A program made the translations under genes and the position numbers. From assembly GCF_001194135.2 (NCBI RefSeq), contig NC_068982.1, forward strand, positions 144,469,490 to 144,533,489: DNA of 64,000 bases, given 5' to 3'. The notes under the pieces were generated by a model, which was given only the letters and a program-made list of their open reading frames with translations, did not search any database and had not been told where the DNA came from. Positions 51,552 through 63,744 of this stretch are shown in pieces. How positions within the stretch are numbered: the stretch's first letter is position 1; each line of letters starts with the position of its first letter. This DNA comes from Octopus bimaculoides. Taxonomy: Eukaryota.

Positions 51552-52040
51552 GACGGGCCTCTTTCAGCTTCTGTCTACCAAATCCACTCACAAGGCTATA
51601 GACCCCAGCACTTATTTTTTGTAAGCCTAGTACTTATTCTATCAGTCTCTTTTGCTGAACCGCTAAGTTACAGGGACGTAAGCACACCAGCATCGGTTGT
51701 CAAGCGATGGTAGGGGGACAAACAGACNNNNNNNNNNNNNNNNNNNNNNNNNNNNNNNNNNNNNNNNNNNNNNNNNNNNNNNNNNNNNNNNNNNNNNNNN
51801 NNNNNNNNNNNNNNNNNNNNNNNNNNNNNNNNNNNNNNNNATATATATATATATATATATATATACATACATATACGACGAGCTTCTTTCAGTTTCCGTC
51901 TACCAAATACACTCACAAGGCTTTGGTCAGCCCAAGGCTATAGTAGAAGACACTTGCCTAAGGTGCCATGCAGTGGAATTGAATCCGGAACCATGTGGTT
52001 GGTAAGCAAGCTACTTACCACACAGCTACTCATGCACCTA
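51420..52040 (-). mobile_element. SINE family A with internal duplication/rearrangement
   Basis: ACCCCAG.ACTTATTTTTTGTAAGCCTAGTACTTA appears at ~51481 and ~51602, flanking (TA)n and a body fragment. Confidence 0.85.
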
Positions 52041-52480
52041 TAAACTTCCGTGTATTATGCTTATAGGTATACATATTGTTAAAAGGCATAATGTTGTGGA
52101 ATTCTCTGATATAAAATCTTTTCATAGACTTGTGTTAAAAGCTATATCAGAGCAAAACAAACATCATCACTGCAGTGACTCATGAGAATGACAGATGTGT
52201 TTCACCTTTCTTGAAGTTTGTCAATGCTGTTCACCCAACTGTCACTTGCTGAGATGAAATTCATGCCTTGACATATATAGGAAACAATGAATAAACCATC
52301 CACTGGTATTGTGGAAGCTTACTGGGCTGTAGAAAAACTTGTCATTGAATGCCACAAAGTGATAGTTAATTCTTGGTGAATTTAGTCACAAACCAGTTTC
52401 AATTTCCAACTGGAACCTATTCAATTTATGTCACAAATTACACTAAGAAAAACATGAACGGCAAGCAATAGTGGTAATTT

Positions 52481-52609
52481 AGTGCCATTTTAGTGTGTGG
52501 TCTACCTGACCTTTTACACATTAGCATGCAGCTTAGCGAAAGCCCAGATCAGATCATATCATAATGTAGACTATGGAATTTGCATCAGACCACACACTAA
52601 AGTAGCACT
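52481..52609. mobile_element. Small MITE-like element with 23-bp inverted repeats
   Basis: AGTGCCATTTTAGTGTGTGGTCT versus reverse complement of AGACCACACACTAAAGTAGCACT, 21/23 identical. Confidence 0.7.
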
Positions 52610-53574
52610 GATAAGTTTCCTTCTAAAGAAGCTTCGGTTTCATGGTTATATAATATATTAAAAGAAATATTTCATTACATTACCATTTACTATCTCATAT
52701 TGTCATTGGTAACAGGCATTTTGTTTTGTTTGCTTGTTTTTATTATATTATACTGGTTGTTATTCTATAGCATCTTGTATTTCTTCAAACATATGAGGAA
52801 ATGATACTAATTGTTACAAAAATTTTTCTTATCAAATCTTAAAATATTTTGGAACCAAAACTTGCTATCAATAATTGTTAACAAGTTCTGGTTTCAAAAC
52901 ACAGGAAAAGTACTGGTTTCAAAGTACAGGAAAAATTAAAGAATTTAGCAGAATACACAAATACAAAGCAAAAGACAAACAGGATCCCTGGAAGTTTGCA
53001 GTGAATATTTCTCATCATTCAGCCATCCATGAAATAAAGTTACATAATGCTATAAAAGTAGCTTTTCAAGTTGTTAATTCAGAGACTATCTTAAAGATTA
53101 GAAATTCAATAATCATTAATGAGAACTCATTGTTTGAGAAGCAACCAATAATATAAAGTATGCCATCAAAATCAGTTTCTATTACATTAACAATATTATA
53201 GAGTGGAAGCATGCAGGAAGTTAATACAGGATGATTTATATGACAATCAAATTCTGAAGTAAAAGCAAACAAGTTAGAATGTTATTCTCAGAGATTGTAT
53301 ATACTAATGCATATTTGAAATACAAAGAAAACAAAAACAAGGGGAAAAAATCCTTTCACTCACTCAGTAAACAGATTTCCTAACCAATATTAATCATTCA
53401 CTATAAGATTTCAAAGACATTACTTATTTTCACAGTTGAAAAGTGTGTGTGTGTGTGTATGCATATGGTCTCTTAAAACTAAATTGCAACCTTGCTCAAT
53501 TATATCTAAAGTATCTCAGGTTATACTTGTGCTACATATGTATCATACCAAGACAATTTTTCAATATGCAACCC

Positions 53575-54195
53575 TCCACTCATTGAGTTATTTATTGAGC
53601 CCAGCAACTATTTCACAATATTAGTGAATGTATTATTCAGCTTCTTACATCTGAGGTGGAAAATCTTACCTGGGCATGTGACTGGCTGTGCATCTGGCCC
53701 AAACGCATCTGATGTTCTCACTAGCTGCTGCCGAGATGAATTTTTTTTTTTTCTGTCTCTCTCTCTCTCTCTGAAATATATTGTTTCTGAACACAACACA
53801 TCCATAAGAGATTTTATCTCAGAAGACCACCACAGTAGCTTGCCTGTCAACAGTGTATATACATGAAGTAAGATACATATATAGGTATTTCAATTTAGTA
53901 CTGCTTCAACTGCATTCACCAGATTATTTATTCAGCCCAACAGCTATTTGCAATACTAGTGAATGTATAATCCACAGAGATGGCAGGTCTCATCTAAGAA
54001 TGTGGTTAGCAATGAGTATATGTCATTGACAATGCTTAACAACGCTGAAATGCATCTGGCATTCAAGGTGTCTTTCAGCTCCCTCCCATGTATATTCTTT
54101 CAGATATAGCATGTCCGTAAGAGATTTTATCTAGGATGATAAACACAATAACTTGCCTATCGATGGTGTATATACAAAGCATGATACATAAAGGG
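53575..54195. repeat. Diverged tandem duplication, period ~310-335 bp
   Basis: TTATTTATT.AGCCCA.CA.CTATTT..CAATA.TAGTGAATGTAT at ~53588 and ~53924; TCC.TAAGAGATTTTATCT...CTTGCCT.TC.A..GTGTATATACA at ~53801 and ~54114. Confidence 0.8.
53670..53770 (-). CDS. Candidate 101-nt exon (xERERDRKKKNSSRQQLVRTSDAFGPDAQPVTCP)
   Basis: aatatatttcag|AGAGAG...CACATGCCCAG|gtaaga, with a strong donor and an open phase 2 to 1 frame. The 5' part is simple sequence, so it could be a UTR exon. Confidence 0.35.
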
Positions 54196-57100
54196 TTATC
54201 TACACATACACAAATATTTTTTCTTTCTTTCTTTGATATAACTTTTATATCGGGAGAGACAAAGTCATTTGATTCTTACACTTATCCAGCAAAGAGGCAC
54301 TTTACTTTTCAAGAATCCTTACATTTCTTTACTCACATTTCAACTCATTATAACCTTCATAAATTTTAAGATAGGAACAATAACTTTTTTTTTTCCACAT
54401 TAAAGTATAGCTGTATGTTTCTCTCTAGCTGTGAGGTGAATTTTCATAACAAGCTCGGTTTTATATTTTTAGTTATCTGTGGTTAGCAATTTCCCTCATC
54501 TTGTCTATTTATAGAATATTTAAGAGCAAAATGGAATATTTAAATTGCAAAAAGCATACTGTTAATTTATGTTGTATCTCCTTGATAAAATGCTTTCGCA
54601 TTTTTAACGATAAAAATTTGTCACAGAAACCCTCACCCCACTCCACCCCCAAGTAATTTTTCCCTTGATCTGGGAAAATAAAATAAAACATGTTCTGGAA
54701 CATATATTCAGAGATAAATAACAATTTCATGTGAAATAAAATAAACATACACGGACTACATAATCTCAATAAGATTGCCATAAAAAATGAAAAAGAAAAA
54801 GGAAAAACTAAACGTAAACTCTGTTCTGACAATAAACCAGAGTGGACAAAGACAATTGTAAAAAAAAAGATTTCGATAGCTTACAGATTTTTGTGAAAAC
54901 CCGGTTTTACTGACAGAAAAACATTTAAAGCGTAAGGATATTTAAGAAGTGACGTTTGCGTCTTCGCCGAGCTTTATCATAAATAATGTGTTTCGCTTAC
55001 ATAAATATTCTAGAATAACAAATCAACACTAAAACTCTAATTGATGGTGTAAATAATTTGTTATAATGAAATAATGAACACGATAAAATTAACCTTAGCA
55101 ATAGAGTCAGCTGAATAAATCACAGAGGGATTTTGTTTCATTTCCACTCCTCGTTTACAATCCATCATTAGTAAATATTTACAAACACACAGACGCGCGC
55201 GCACGCACACAACTCAGAAATAATTTCAGATTTGATTGATGTGTCGCTTGTTCCTAAAAATACAAATTGTATTTCGTTATGCGTTAAAACAAATGTGAGG
55301 AGATATTTAAATGTTGTGAAATGATTTTATTCTAACAAGCCATTTGAAGAAAATATACAACACAAAACGCAGAAGAAATAAACAATTTTTTTTTTTTTTT
55401 CATGAAAGTACTTAAACGACAGGAAGGAGAAAATTAGTCAATCTAAAATAAATAAACCACTTAATTCGAATCAGTGTGCGCTGGATAAGGCTTATGTTTC
55501 TTCAATTGTTTGTCTCAGGATTGTAAAATTTGTTAAGATATGATTTTTTTGAAAGTGCGAATTTAATTCTTGGTATTAGCATTAATCGTGGGGTATAGTA
55601 TTTTTTAACATCTCATACTCCCAAATATTTGAAGAATTCAAACAGAACCTTACATTTATTTATAGCTAATTTGGGGGTTACCTACCATTTTCACCCTCCA
55701 CCTGAATCCTGAAGATCATCTTACGTTCAGATAGGTAATATCATAATGAGAATAACAGCATGGCTCTTTTAAAACCTGCAGGTAACAACTGTGTTGTACT
55801 TATCAGCAAACGTCAGTCCTTGCGAGAGATTTTTCTTTTATCTAAACCAATGTGCAATGAGAAATAACACTTCTGTCCTAAACTGATCAGTTAAGATTGA
55901 AAATGTGTGTAGATAAAGTTGTTTATAAATATGTCCACATTTCAATTGATTAGTAGAAAAACTGACGTGTAACATTCGAGAAGATAAGGTTTCTCTAAAG
56001 AATGTTTGGTTACTGAAATACATAGTGCCGCTCCTAGCTATATTATTGACTCAGTTTCTGTCAATATTGCTAACAGAAAAAAAAGGCAAGTGCTGTAGGG
56101 TGAAAAGGTAAATTAGCAGTGAGTCAACTCTGTGCGCCGAATGTGCGACCCGGTTTCGAATCATTTCCTACCATTCCACTTGACGTACTTTCAAAATGCC
56201 CGTCCCATAAAGGGATGATCGTTTGACAATTGTTCAAACCTCTTCCTCTAAATACCTAAGGCTTTATGTTTATTCAAAAATATATTTTGGTTAGTGAAAT
56301 TTGACTTCCAGTTTGTTTGTTTTTTTTTTGTTATTTTTGTTTTTTTTCAAAAATTCACGTATTTAGGAAAAAGGCGGCCACTACTGTTAAGACTGTGTCA
56401 AAACCTGTTTATATTGAGATCAAACAATTCTAGTAGTTGATACAGTAAAGTGCAGGGCCATAACGTCTGTTTACGTTTCATGTTCGAGTCATGCTAAAAT
56501 TGACATTGCTTTCAGCTTTCTGAGGCCGATCAATAAGTAACACTAATGTATTTATCTGAGGGCATGAGATGCAGTCAATTATCACCTTTCTTGCAAATGT
56601 GTAGCCTTGTAATAATGTTTTAGACATATATCTAGGGTGGCGAATTGGCAAATATCATTAGAGCATCGAATAAAATGTCTTGCGGTATTTGTTACCGGTC
56701 TCCGAGCTGTGAATTCAAATCCCCTAGAAGTCAAATTTGTCTTCCATTGTTTTGGGGTTGATAAATAAAACCCCAATCAAGTACGAGGGTTGATTCTTCT
56801 CTTAAGCTTTCTCTCTGAATCGGTTACGTTACGCCGTAAGAAAGGATCGTGGGGTACCTCTCTCACATCCTTCCCTCCAGAAACAGCAACCTCTTCCCAG
56901 AAATATCAATATGCAACTGGAATCGTCCAGGGATGTTCATTGAGGAACGAAATAAGGAAGAAAAAAAATCTTCCAAATAATACAACGTTTGATATATTTG
57001 ACACAAAACTACAAATTTATAAGGTAGTGGGGGACAAAGTTGCCTCAATCGACTTCATTACTGCTTTCACCCTTGAAATACATCGATTCTAGTGGAATTT

Positions 57101-58331
57101 GAACACAAAAGAAAGTAAGAAGAAATTACTGATATCAAATAATTGTATATACACGTTAAAGCGGAGGTTTGTGATACCAACAAAGAATATATAAAAACTT
57201 ATAAACAAATGTAACATTGGTTTGCTTACAAGCAACCGCCTTTACATGTCGAGGGGATGAGATGTCAAAGGGCAACTGGAGCTTTTTCGTTGAGCAAGCC
57301 GTGTGTGTGTGCATCTATGTCATGTTGTGTAATCTCAGGTCAGCCTTGATCGATCAGACAATGTTGATAGAGAAAGGAGAGAGACAGACAGAAAAAGTAG
57401 TCGAAAGTGGAGAGAGGGAAACAATGAAAACAAACAAGGAATGCATTGAAGAATGAGAAAATGGCAGATTTAGTCGCAAAACCTAAAACGAAAACAACAA
57501 AGTACAAGATATCTTAAGCACTCGTGTTTTACATATGAAAATGAGCTTTTTTGATGCATATCTTTAACAATTACGATACAAATTTTAGATTTTGACAAAA
57601 AATTTTAAAAGTAGAAGACTTGAAGCACTCGAATGAGTGAAAATATTTTGCATTGTTGATTACACTTTTTTGCGAGTATTTTTTTTTTTTTTACAATAAA
57701 ATTTGTTGAATAAAAAATTATCAATAATATTAAATGTTTAACATTCAATAAACTAGTACTTAAAACGGCATATTGGTTCACATTATGGTTTAGTAATTAA
57801 AACCGAAAAATATTTTTTGGAAATTAAATCAAATACAGAAATAAAAGTCCGAAAAATAGGGAAAATTAAGTGCAATTCTGTAACGAAAGTGAAACACAAA
57901 ACAGAGAGAAGAGGAGAAAGGAAGGTGTGTTAAAATAAACATTTTAGATGTTTTAGAAGTAAAAATGTAAACACATGCAATTAATCTAGAAATATTCATA
58001 AAAAAAACAAAATTAATATTATTTCGCTTTCGTCAAAAAAAAAAACCGGTCAATGATAATAAAATAAGAATTTACATGAGAACAATAATTTCTTAAACAA
58101 TCCTTAATTGTTCATTAAATATTTTCTTTCTCTATAAAATATTTTCTGTAGGAAAATATTTCAAAATAAAGTAAAAAAAATTAAACAAGTGAAAGAAAAT
58201 AGATAAAAAAAAAATAAAATTTACGTTTTCTGAGGTGTATAATTATCTTTCGCTTTTTTTTTTTTTTTAATCCCGTGTACAGTTGAAAACAGTGAGTAGA
58301 GTGAAGTATTCCATGGTTTCATTACTGTTAC

Positions 58332-58372
58332 AAGTCATTCCTAGACTGACAACAATGTAGCTCGGACGCCAT
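58332..58372 (-). CDS. Candidate first coding exon or uORF (MASELHCCQSRND)
   Basis: gctccggcaATGGCGTCCGAG in the GC-rich core. A weak donor CTT|gtaaca gives phase 2; unspliced, it stops after 14 codons. Confidence 0.3.
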
Positions 58373-58448
58373 TGCCGGAGCTTTCGGTTCCGGTCAAAGT
58401 ACGCAGGCGCATATGTACATATATATATATACACACACGCGCGCGTGT

Positions 58449-58766
58449 GTGTATACGTATGTCTGTGTCTGTATGTGGAAACCCACGAAACTCTCGGTCC
58501 TTGAGTCACTTATATTATGACTTATGCACACATGCAAACATATATATGTATGTATGAGTGTTTCGTAAAATTCCACGAAACTACAAGCCCTCGAGTCACC
58601 TATGTGTATGTGTGTATACGTATGTCTGTGTCTGTATGTGGAAACCCACGAAACTCTCGGTCCTTGAGTCACTTATATAGCATTACGACTTATGCACACA
58701 TGCAAACATATATGTATGTATGAGCGTTTCGTAAAATTTCACGAAACTACAGGCCCTCGAGTCACT
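58449..58766. repeat. 163-bp tandem duplication, each unit with two CACGAAACT...GAGTCAC sub-repeats
   Basis: GTGTATACGTATGTCTGTGTCTGTATGTGGAAACCCACGAAACTCTCGGTCCTTGAGTCACTTATAT identical at 58449 and 58612. Confidence 0.92.
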
Positions 58767-58789
58767 TGCGATCTTTAGAGTTTGAAGTT

Positions 58790-59028
58790 TCTGTCTCTCC
58801 TTTGATGTTAATCTTTACCTCATTTGTCTCTTCTGTCGCTATCTCTCTCTTTCTAATTGTTTATTACTTCTCTCCTCCCTCTCTTTCTATGTGTGTGTGT
58901 GTGTGTTTGCATATGTATGTATGTATAACTTCTACTGTCTTGAATATTTCAATATATTACTCTGTTGTAGGTGTTCCCATCTATCAAACATTCTCTACTT
59001 TTCTGCATGCATACTCTCTTTGTTCCTC

Positions 59029-59108
<80 letters not shown>

Positions 59109-59146
59109 TTCTATCTAGCTGTCTCTCACTCTTCCTCTCTTTCTTC

Positions 59147-59179
<33 letters not shown>

Positions 59180-60285
59180 NNNNNNNNNNNNNNNNNNNNN
59201 NNNNNATATAACTATCTATCTATCTTTCTATCTATCTGTCTGTCTATCTATCTATCTATCTATTTATCTGTTGGTCTGTCTCCTCACTATCTCTCTCTCT
59301 CTATTTCTCTCTGACTCACACATACATACTTACTCTTACCCCCATACACAAACATACACACTATCTCTCATACACTCTCTCTCCACAATACACTCACACA
59401 TAGTCACTCACATGCAACACACCCACTCACTTTCTCGCACTTTCTCTCTCATGTACACATATTAATACATTAATACTACAGACATTATTCACATTGTGGG
59501 GTTTTTAATAAAAGAAGGAAAGAAAATTAAAATAACATAATTGGCATTGACAACAAATTTCCTTTCTTTTACATCAAAAAAAATTAATTTTTTTTTCAAT
59601 ACGCCCACCCCACTTTTTTTTAACTTCATCATCATCACCGTCATCATCATTATCATGATTATCATCAACCAGCAATAACATTGTCATCATTATCATTAAT
59701 ATCATCATCAACTTCATTATCATCATTACTGTGTGTGTGTGGTGGGCTATTGACCACCACCATCATCATTACCAGTGTTGCCACCACTATCATCATCACC
59801 ACCACCACCACCACCATCATCATCATTGTCAGCATTGACATCACTATCATCATCACCACAGCCATCACCACTACCACTGCTCATGCTACCCATCCTACTT
59901 ACCCTTCCATTCCAATTAACTACTGTCTCAGTCATTTTCTATAACTGTAGTTAATGTCTCACCTGACACCACCCCTTCAGCATGCACCTTTTGGGGGGAG
60001 GAGGCAGGAGGGTTAAGGTTATTTCATTGTTACTTCTTTAGTACAAGCCACCACCATCACTGCCATCTTCACCCTCGAAAAAATTCTTTCTCCCCTATTC
60101 CCTCTTTTTTTGTTTGTTTTATTTTTCATGTATTAAAGCCCTACACTTTTCCCCCATCCCTCTCCCCTCCTTTACAGTCAGTCATCTCTTGTTCCTTAAT
60201 TAACCCTCACCCCTCTGCTTTCTTTCTTTCTTTCTACTTTGTATTTCTCTCTGGCTCACTCTCTCTCTCTCTCTCTTTCTTTCTT

Positions 60286-60328
<43 letters not shown>

Positions 60329-60780
60329 CTCCCTCTCTCTCTCTCTCTCTTTCTTTCTTTCTCTCCCTCTCTCTCTGTCTCTCACACACACAGACACAAA
60401 CATAAACACACATAGAGTGATAAACAGACATACATGCGCATGCTTTCTTTCCTCCTCTCTCATTCTCATATATTATGTGCACAACCTCTCTCTTTTTCAC
60501 TCTTTCTCACTCACCTTCTCTCTCTAACATTTTCTGTTTCACACACTAACCATATATGTGTCACACACACACACACACACACACGCAAATTCACATACAT
60601 CACTTCAGTTTACTTGATTCACCACTTTGCACTGCACTTCTCTATACATACACACACATGTATATAAACACACACACACATGTATATAAACACACACACA
60701 CACTCTCACTCATGCACATGAACACACACACACACACACACACTCTCTCTCTCCCTCTCCCTCTGTTCTGTTGTTGATGA
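58790..60780. repeat. Compound microsatellite field: (TCTA)n, (TA)n, (CAT/CAC)n, (TC)n, (CA)n
   Basis: Directly visible. Explains ORF-track entries 58766-60777. Confidence 0.95.
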
Positions 60781-61974
60781 TATCTTTCCAAACTTGCAAA
60801 CTTCACAGTTTATTTCTTATTTTCATCTTACTTCACAATTGCCACCCGTCTATCTTGACTATCTCACACTGTACTCAGGCATGTACTTCAAAAACAACAA
60901 ATAAACATTAGTAACACACTACAAACAAATTACTAACTCACCATCACTAGGTATAGCCATATTAAGTTACCATTTAAGGCTTTCTCTACTTCCTTCAAGA
61001 TAGGGTTAAAAAAAATTTTCAAACAGCAAACATTTTTTTTATTCACTTTAAGCTTTCTTATTTCAAAATCTAAAGAAGAAAATGAGTGAGTACTTGTAGT
61101 CATGCTAGGTTCTACCGGTTGTGGTGGGTATATGGGTTAATAGAAAACGTAATTATGCAGTTAAAATTATTATAGATAGTGCAGGCATGAAATAGTTGGT
61201 TAAGAAATTTGCAGAATCTTAAGCAAACATTTTCTATCAAAGCCTTAAGTTGTGAGTGAAATTTGGTAGGTGAAAACTGTGCAGAAGCTTGTCTTATCTG
61301 TGTGTATGTATGTGTGCATGTGCACACGCACACACACACACACACATATATATATGTTATATATGTGTATGTATGCATACATTGTCGTTGGCATCTTTTT
61401 GTCTTGGGAGACAATGGAGTTGCGCATAAACTAATCCAGTCTGGTTTTTACATTTCATGTCCTCTCCAGTTTCCTCTCCAGTTTTGCGCAGGCCTGGGCT
61501 AGATGTATTCTTTGCTTCAAGTGTTTTTTACTAGCCATTATGATGGCTAGTAATGACTTGTTAGATACTAACAAGTCATTGACTACATTCTCCNNNNNNN
61601 NNNNNNNNNNNNNNNNNNNNNNNNNNNNNNNNNNNNNNNNNNNNNNNNNNNNNNNNNNNNNNNNNNNNNNNNNNNNNNNNNNNNNNNNNNNNNNNNNNNN
61701 NNNNNNNNNNNNNNNNNNNNNNNNNNNNNNNNNNNNNNNNNNNNNNNNNNNNNNNNNNNNNNNNNNNNNNNNNNNNNNNNNNNNNNNNNNNNNNNNNNNN
61801 NNNNNNNNNNNNNNNNNNNNNNNNNNNNNNNNNNNNNNNNNNNNNNNNNNNNNNNNNNNNNNNNNNNNNNNNNNNNNNNNNNNNNNNNNNNNNNNNNNNN
61901 NNNNNNNNNNNNNNNNNNNTATATATATATATATATATGTCATTGCTTCACAGAGGCAATGACAGGAGACCAGG

Positions 61975-62545
61975 GCATTTGGAGATATGCTGTGATTGAG
62001 AAGACCCGACAACTAAAGTGAGATCACAGCTATGCATATTCGGCCCTGTTAAGAATACCCCTGATGCATTGGGCAATATGATATGCTTAAGAAGACCTGT
62101 TGAGTCAAGTAAAACCAATATCGTAGCTGGGGCCAGTACCCCCTGACTGGTTCCCGTGCCGGTGGCATGTAAAAAGCACCATCTGAACATGGTCGATGCC
62201 AGGTCCGCCTGACTGGCTCCATTGCCAGTGGCATGTAAAAAGCACCAACCGGACATGACCAATTCCAGTACCCACTAACTGGCTCCAGTGCCAGTGGCAC
62301 ATAAAAAGCACCATCTGAACATGATTGATGCCAGGCCCACTTGACTTGCTCCTGTGCTGGTGGCACATAAAAAACACCCACTACACTCTTGGAGCTGTTG
62401 CCATTAGGAAGGGCATCCAGCTATAGAAACATTGCCAGATCAGATTGAAGCCTGGTGGTGCAGCTGCTGGCTCTCCAGACCTCAGTCAAACCGTCCAACC
62501 TATGCCAGCTTGGAAAATGGATGTTAAACAATGATGATGATATGT
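61975..62545 (+). mobile_element. RTE LINE 3' end with four ~66-bp UTR units
   Basis: GATATGCTGTGATTGAGAAGACCCGACAACTAAAGTGAGATC (end of ORF2), then GTGGCA(TG/CA)TAAAAA(G/A)CACC at ~62162, 62229, 62295, 62361, then GTTAAACAATGATGATG. Confidence 0.88.
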
Positions 62546-62560
62546 ATNNNNNNNNNNATA

Positions 62561-62710
62561 TACAAATTCAAATCCAGAAAATGGAGAAGTTTTGATAACT
62601 GGAATTTAATTCTTTTGGGCAAAATCGAAACAGCTGTAAGTGAACATGTTGAATCTTTGCAGTTAAATCATATTAACACTACTTCTCCATTTTCTGGATT
62701 TTAATTTGAA
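62561..62710. mobile_element. MITE-like element with perfect 20-bp inverted repeat core
   Basis: AATCCAGAAAATGGAGAAGT (62571-62590) and ACTTCTCCATTTTCTGGATT (62681-62700). Confidence 0.75.
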
Positions 62711-63708
62711 TATTTATAAACCAAGATTTATACTTAAGCCTATTATTTTAGGAGTATTACTATTTACAACAAAATAATAGATAATAAACCAGTAATTCAT
62801 TGGATATTTTCTATCTCTTAAGGTGGTTATTTTAACCTCTATTTAAATTTATGTGTGTGTGTTAGTTAGGCTGGTGTATAGAGTCCACACACTGCATATG
62901 TGAATAGAACACAGATAACATAATCAGTATTTTTGCATCTTATAACATTCACATGTTTCAGAAGACCTGTAAAACATCAATTACTTGAGCTTAAATATCT
63001 CAGTTATGTGACAAAAATTCCCATTTATATGGTTTTTAAACTCACAAAGTTGATGTTTTGCTAGTTTACTGAATTGTGTGTACTATATAAAGCATAAGCA
63101 CTAATGACATTTTCTGAGCTCCTTTTATTTATTTGTGCGTGTGTGTGTGTGTGTGTTTTGCCAATATACATTAGTACTAAAACAGAAAAAACTGGGGCAT
63201 TTGAGCAAAAATCACTTGTGATATTTATTCTACCCATATTGCAAAAACATTTCCTCATCACTCTTAAAATTGGATATGCAGTGAACCAAAGATTGATCAG
63301 CTGAAACTTATAACCAATGATACTATTGTTCACAAAAGCATTAGGTGAAAGAAAGTCTGGTAAACAAAACATGAGTGAATGCTGAGTTCCAGAATATGAT
63401 GTATATGGTATTAGGAAAGAAGGATTAGACCAAGCAGTCGCTAACTTTTTCTTTCTAAGTAAAGGTCACCATTTACTCCTTGACAACCTTATTCTTATAC
63501 TGTTTTGCTCAATTATTTGGATTTACAATATAAGCAGTCTTGACTGTGTGTTTAAAAAGCTTGCTTCCCAACTTTGAGGTCTTAAGTTCAGTCCGTCTAC
63601 ACAGCACTTAGAGTAAATATCTTCTACTATAGATTCAGGCTAACAGATGCCTTGTGAATAGATTTAGTAAACAGAAACTGGAAGAAGCCCATATATATAC
63701 ATATGTAC

Positions 63709-63744
<36 letters not shown>

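Larger units (their letters stand above)
54880..58770 (-). promoter_or_regulatory. CpG-retaining region: likely promoter/first intron of the minus-strand gene
   Basis: CG dinucleotides are frequent in non-repeat sequence here and rare over 1-54800. TGACGT at 54950, 55963, 56181 and reverse at 55810; TGA(C/G)TCA at 56047, 56120, 58502, 58665; GC-rich core at 58355-58410. Confidence 0.6.

Noticed and set aside
53186-53253. Candidate exon xFDCHINHPVLTSCMLPLYNIVN with a strong acceptor
   Set aside because: Donor is uncertain and its exit phase (0) does not fit the next candidate exon; left out of the model but not excluded.
55685-55776. Alternative first coding exon MIFRIQVEGEN|gtaggt, which would also join 51121 in frame
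   Set aside because: Its ATG lies within a stronger upstream donor (AAC|gtaagATG), so the segment may be a non-coding exon. It cannot be distinguished from the 58372 start without transcripts.
58766-60777. Long ORFs of 75-182 aa in the ORF track
   Set aside because: They translate (TCTA)n, (CAT)n, (TC)n, (CA)n repeats and N gaps; no protein-like content.
62135-62385. Regularly spaced GTGGCA..TAAAAAGCACC repeats that could be mistaken for a CRISPR array
   Set aside because: The spacers are homologous to each other, and the array lies in a LINE 3' UTR in eukaryotic DNA.
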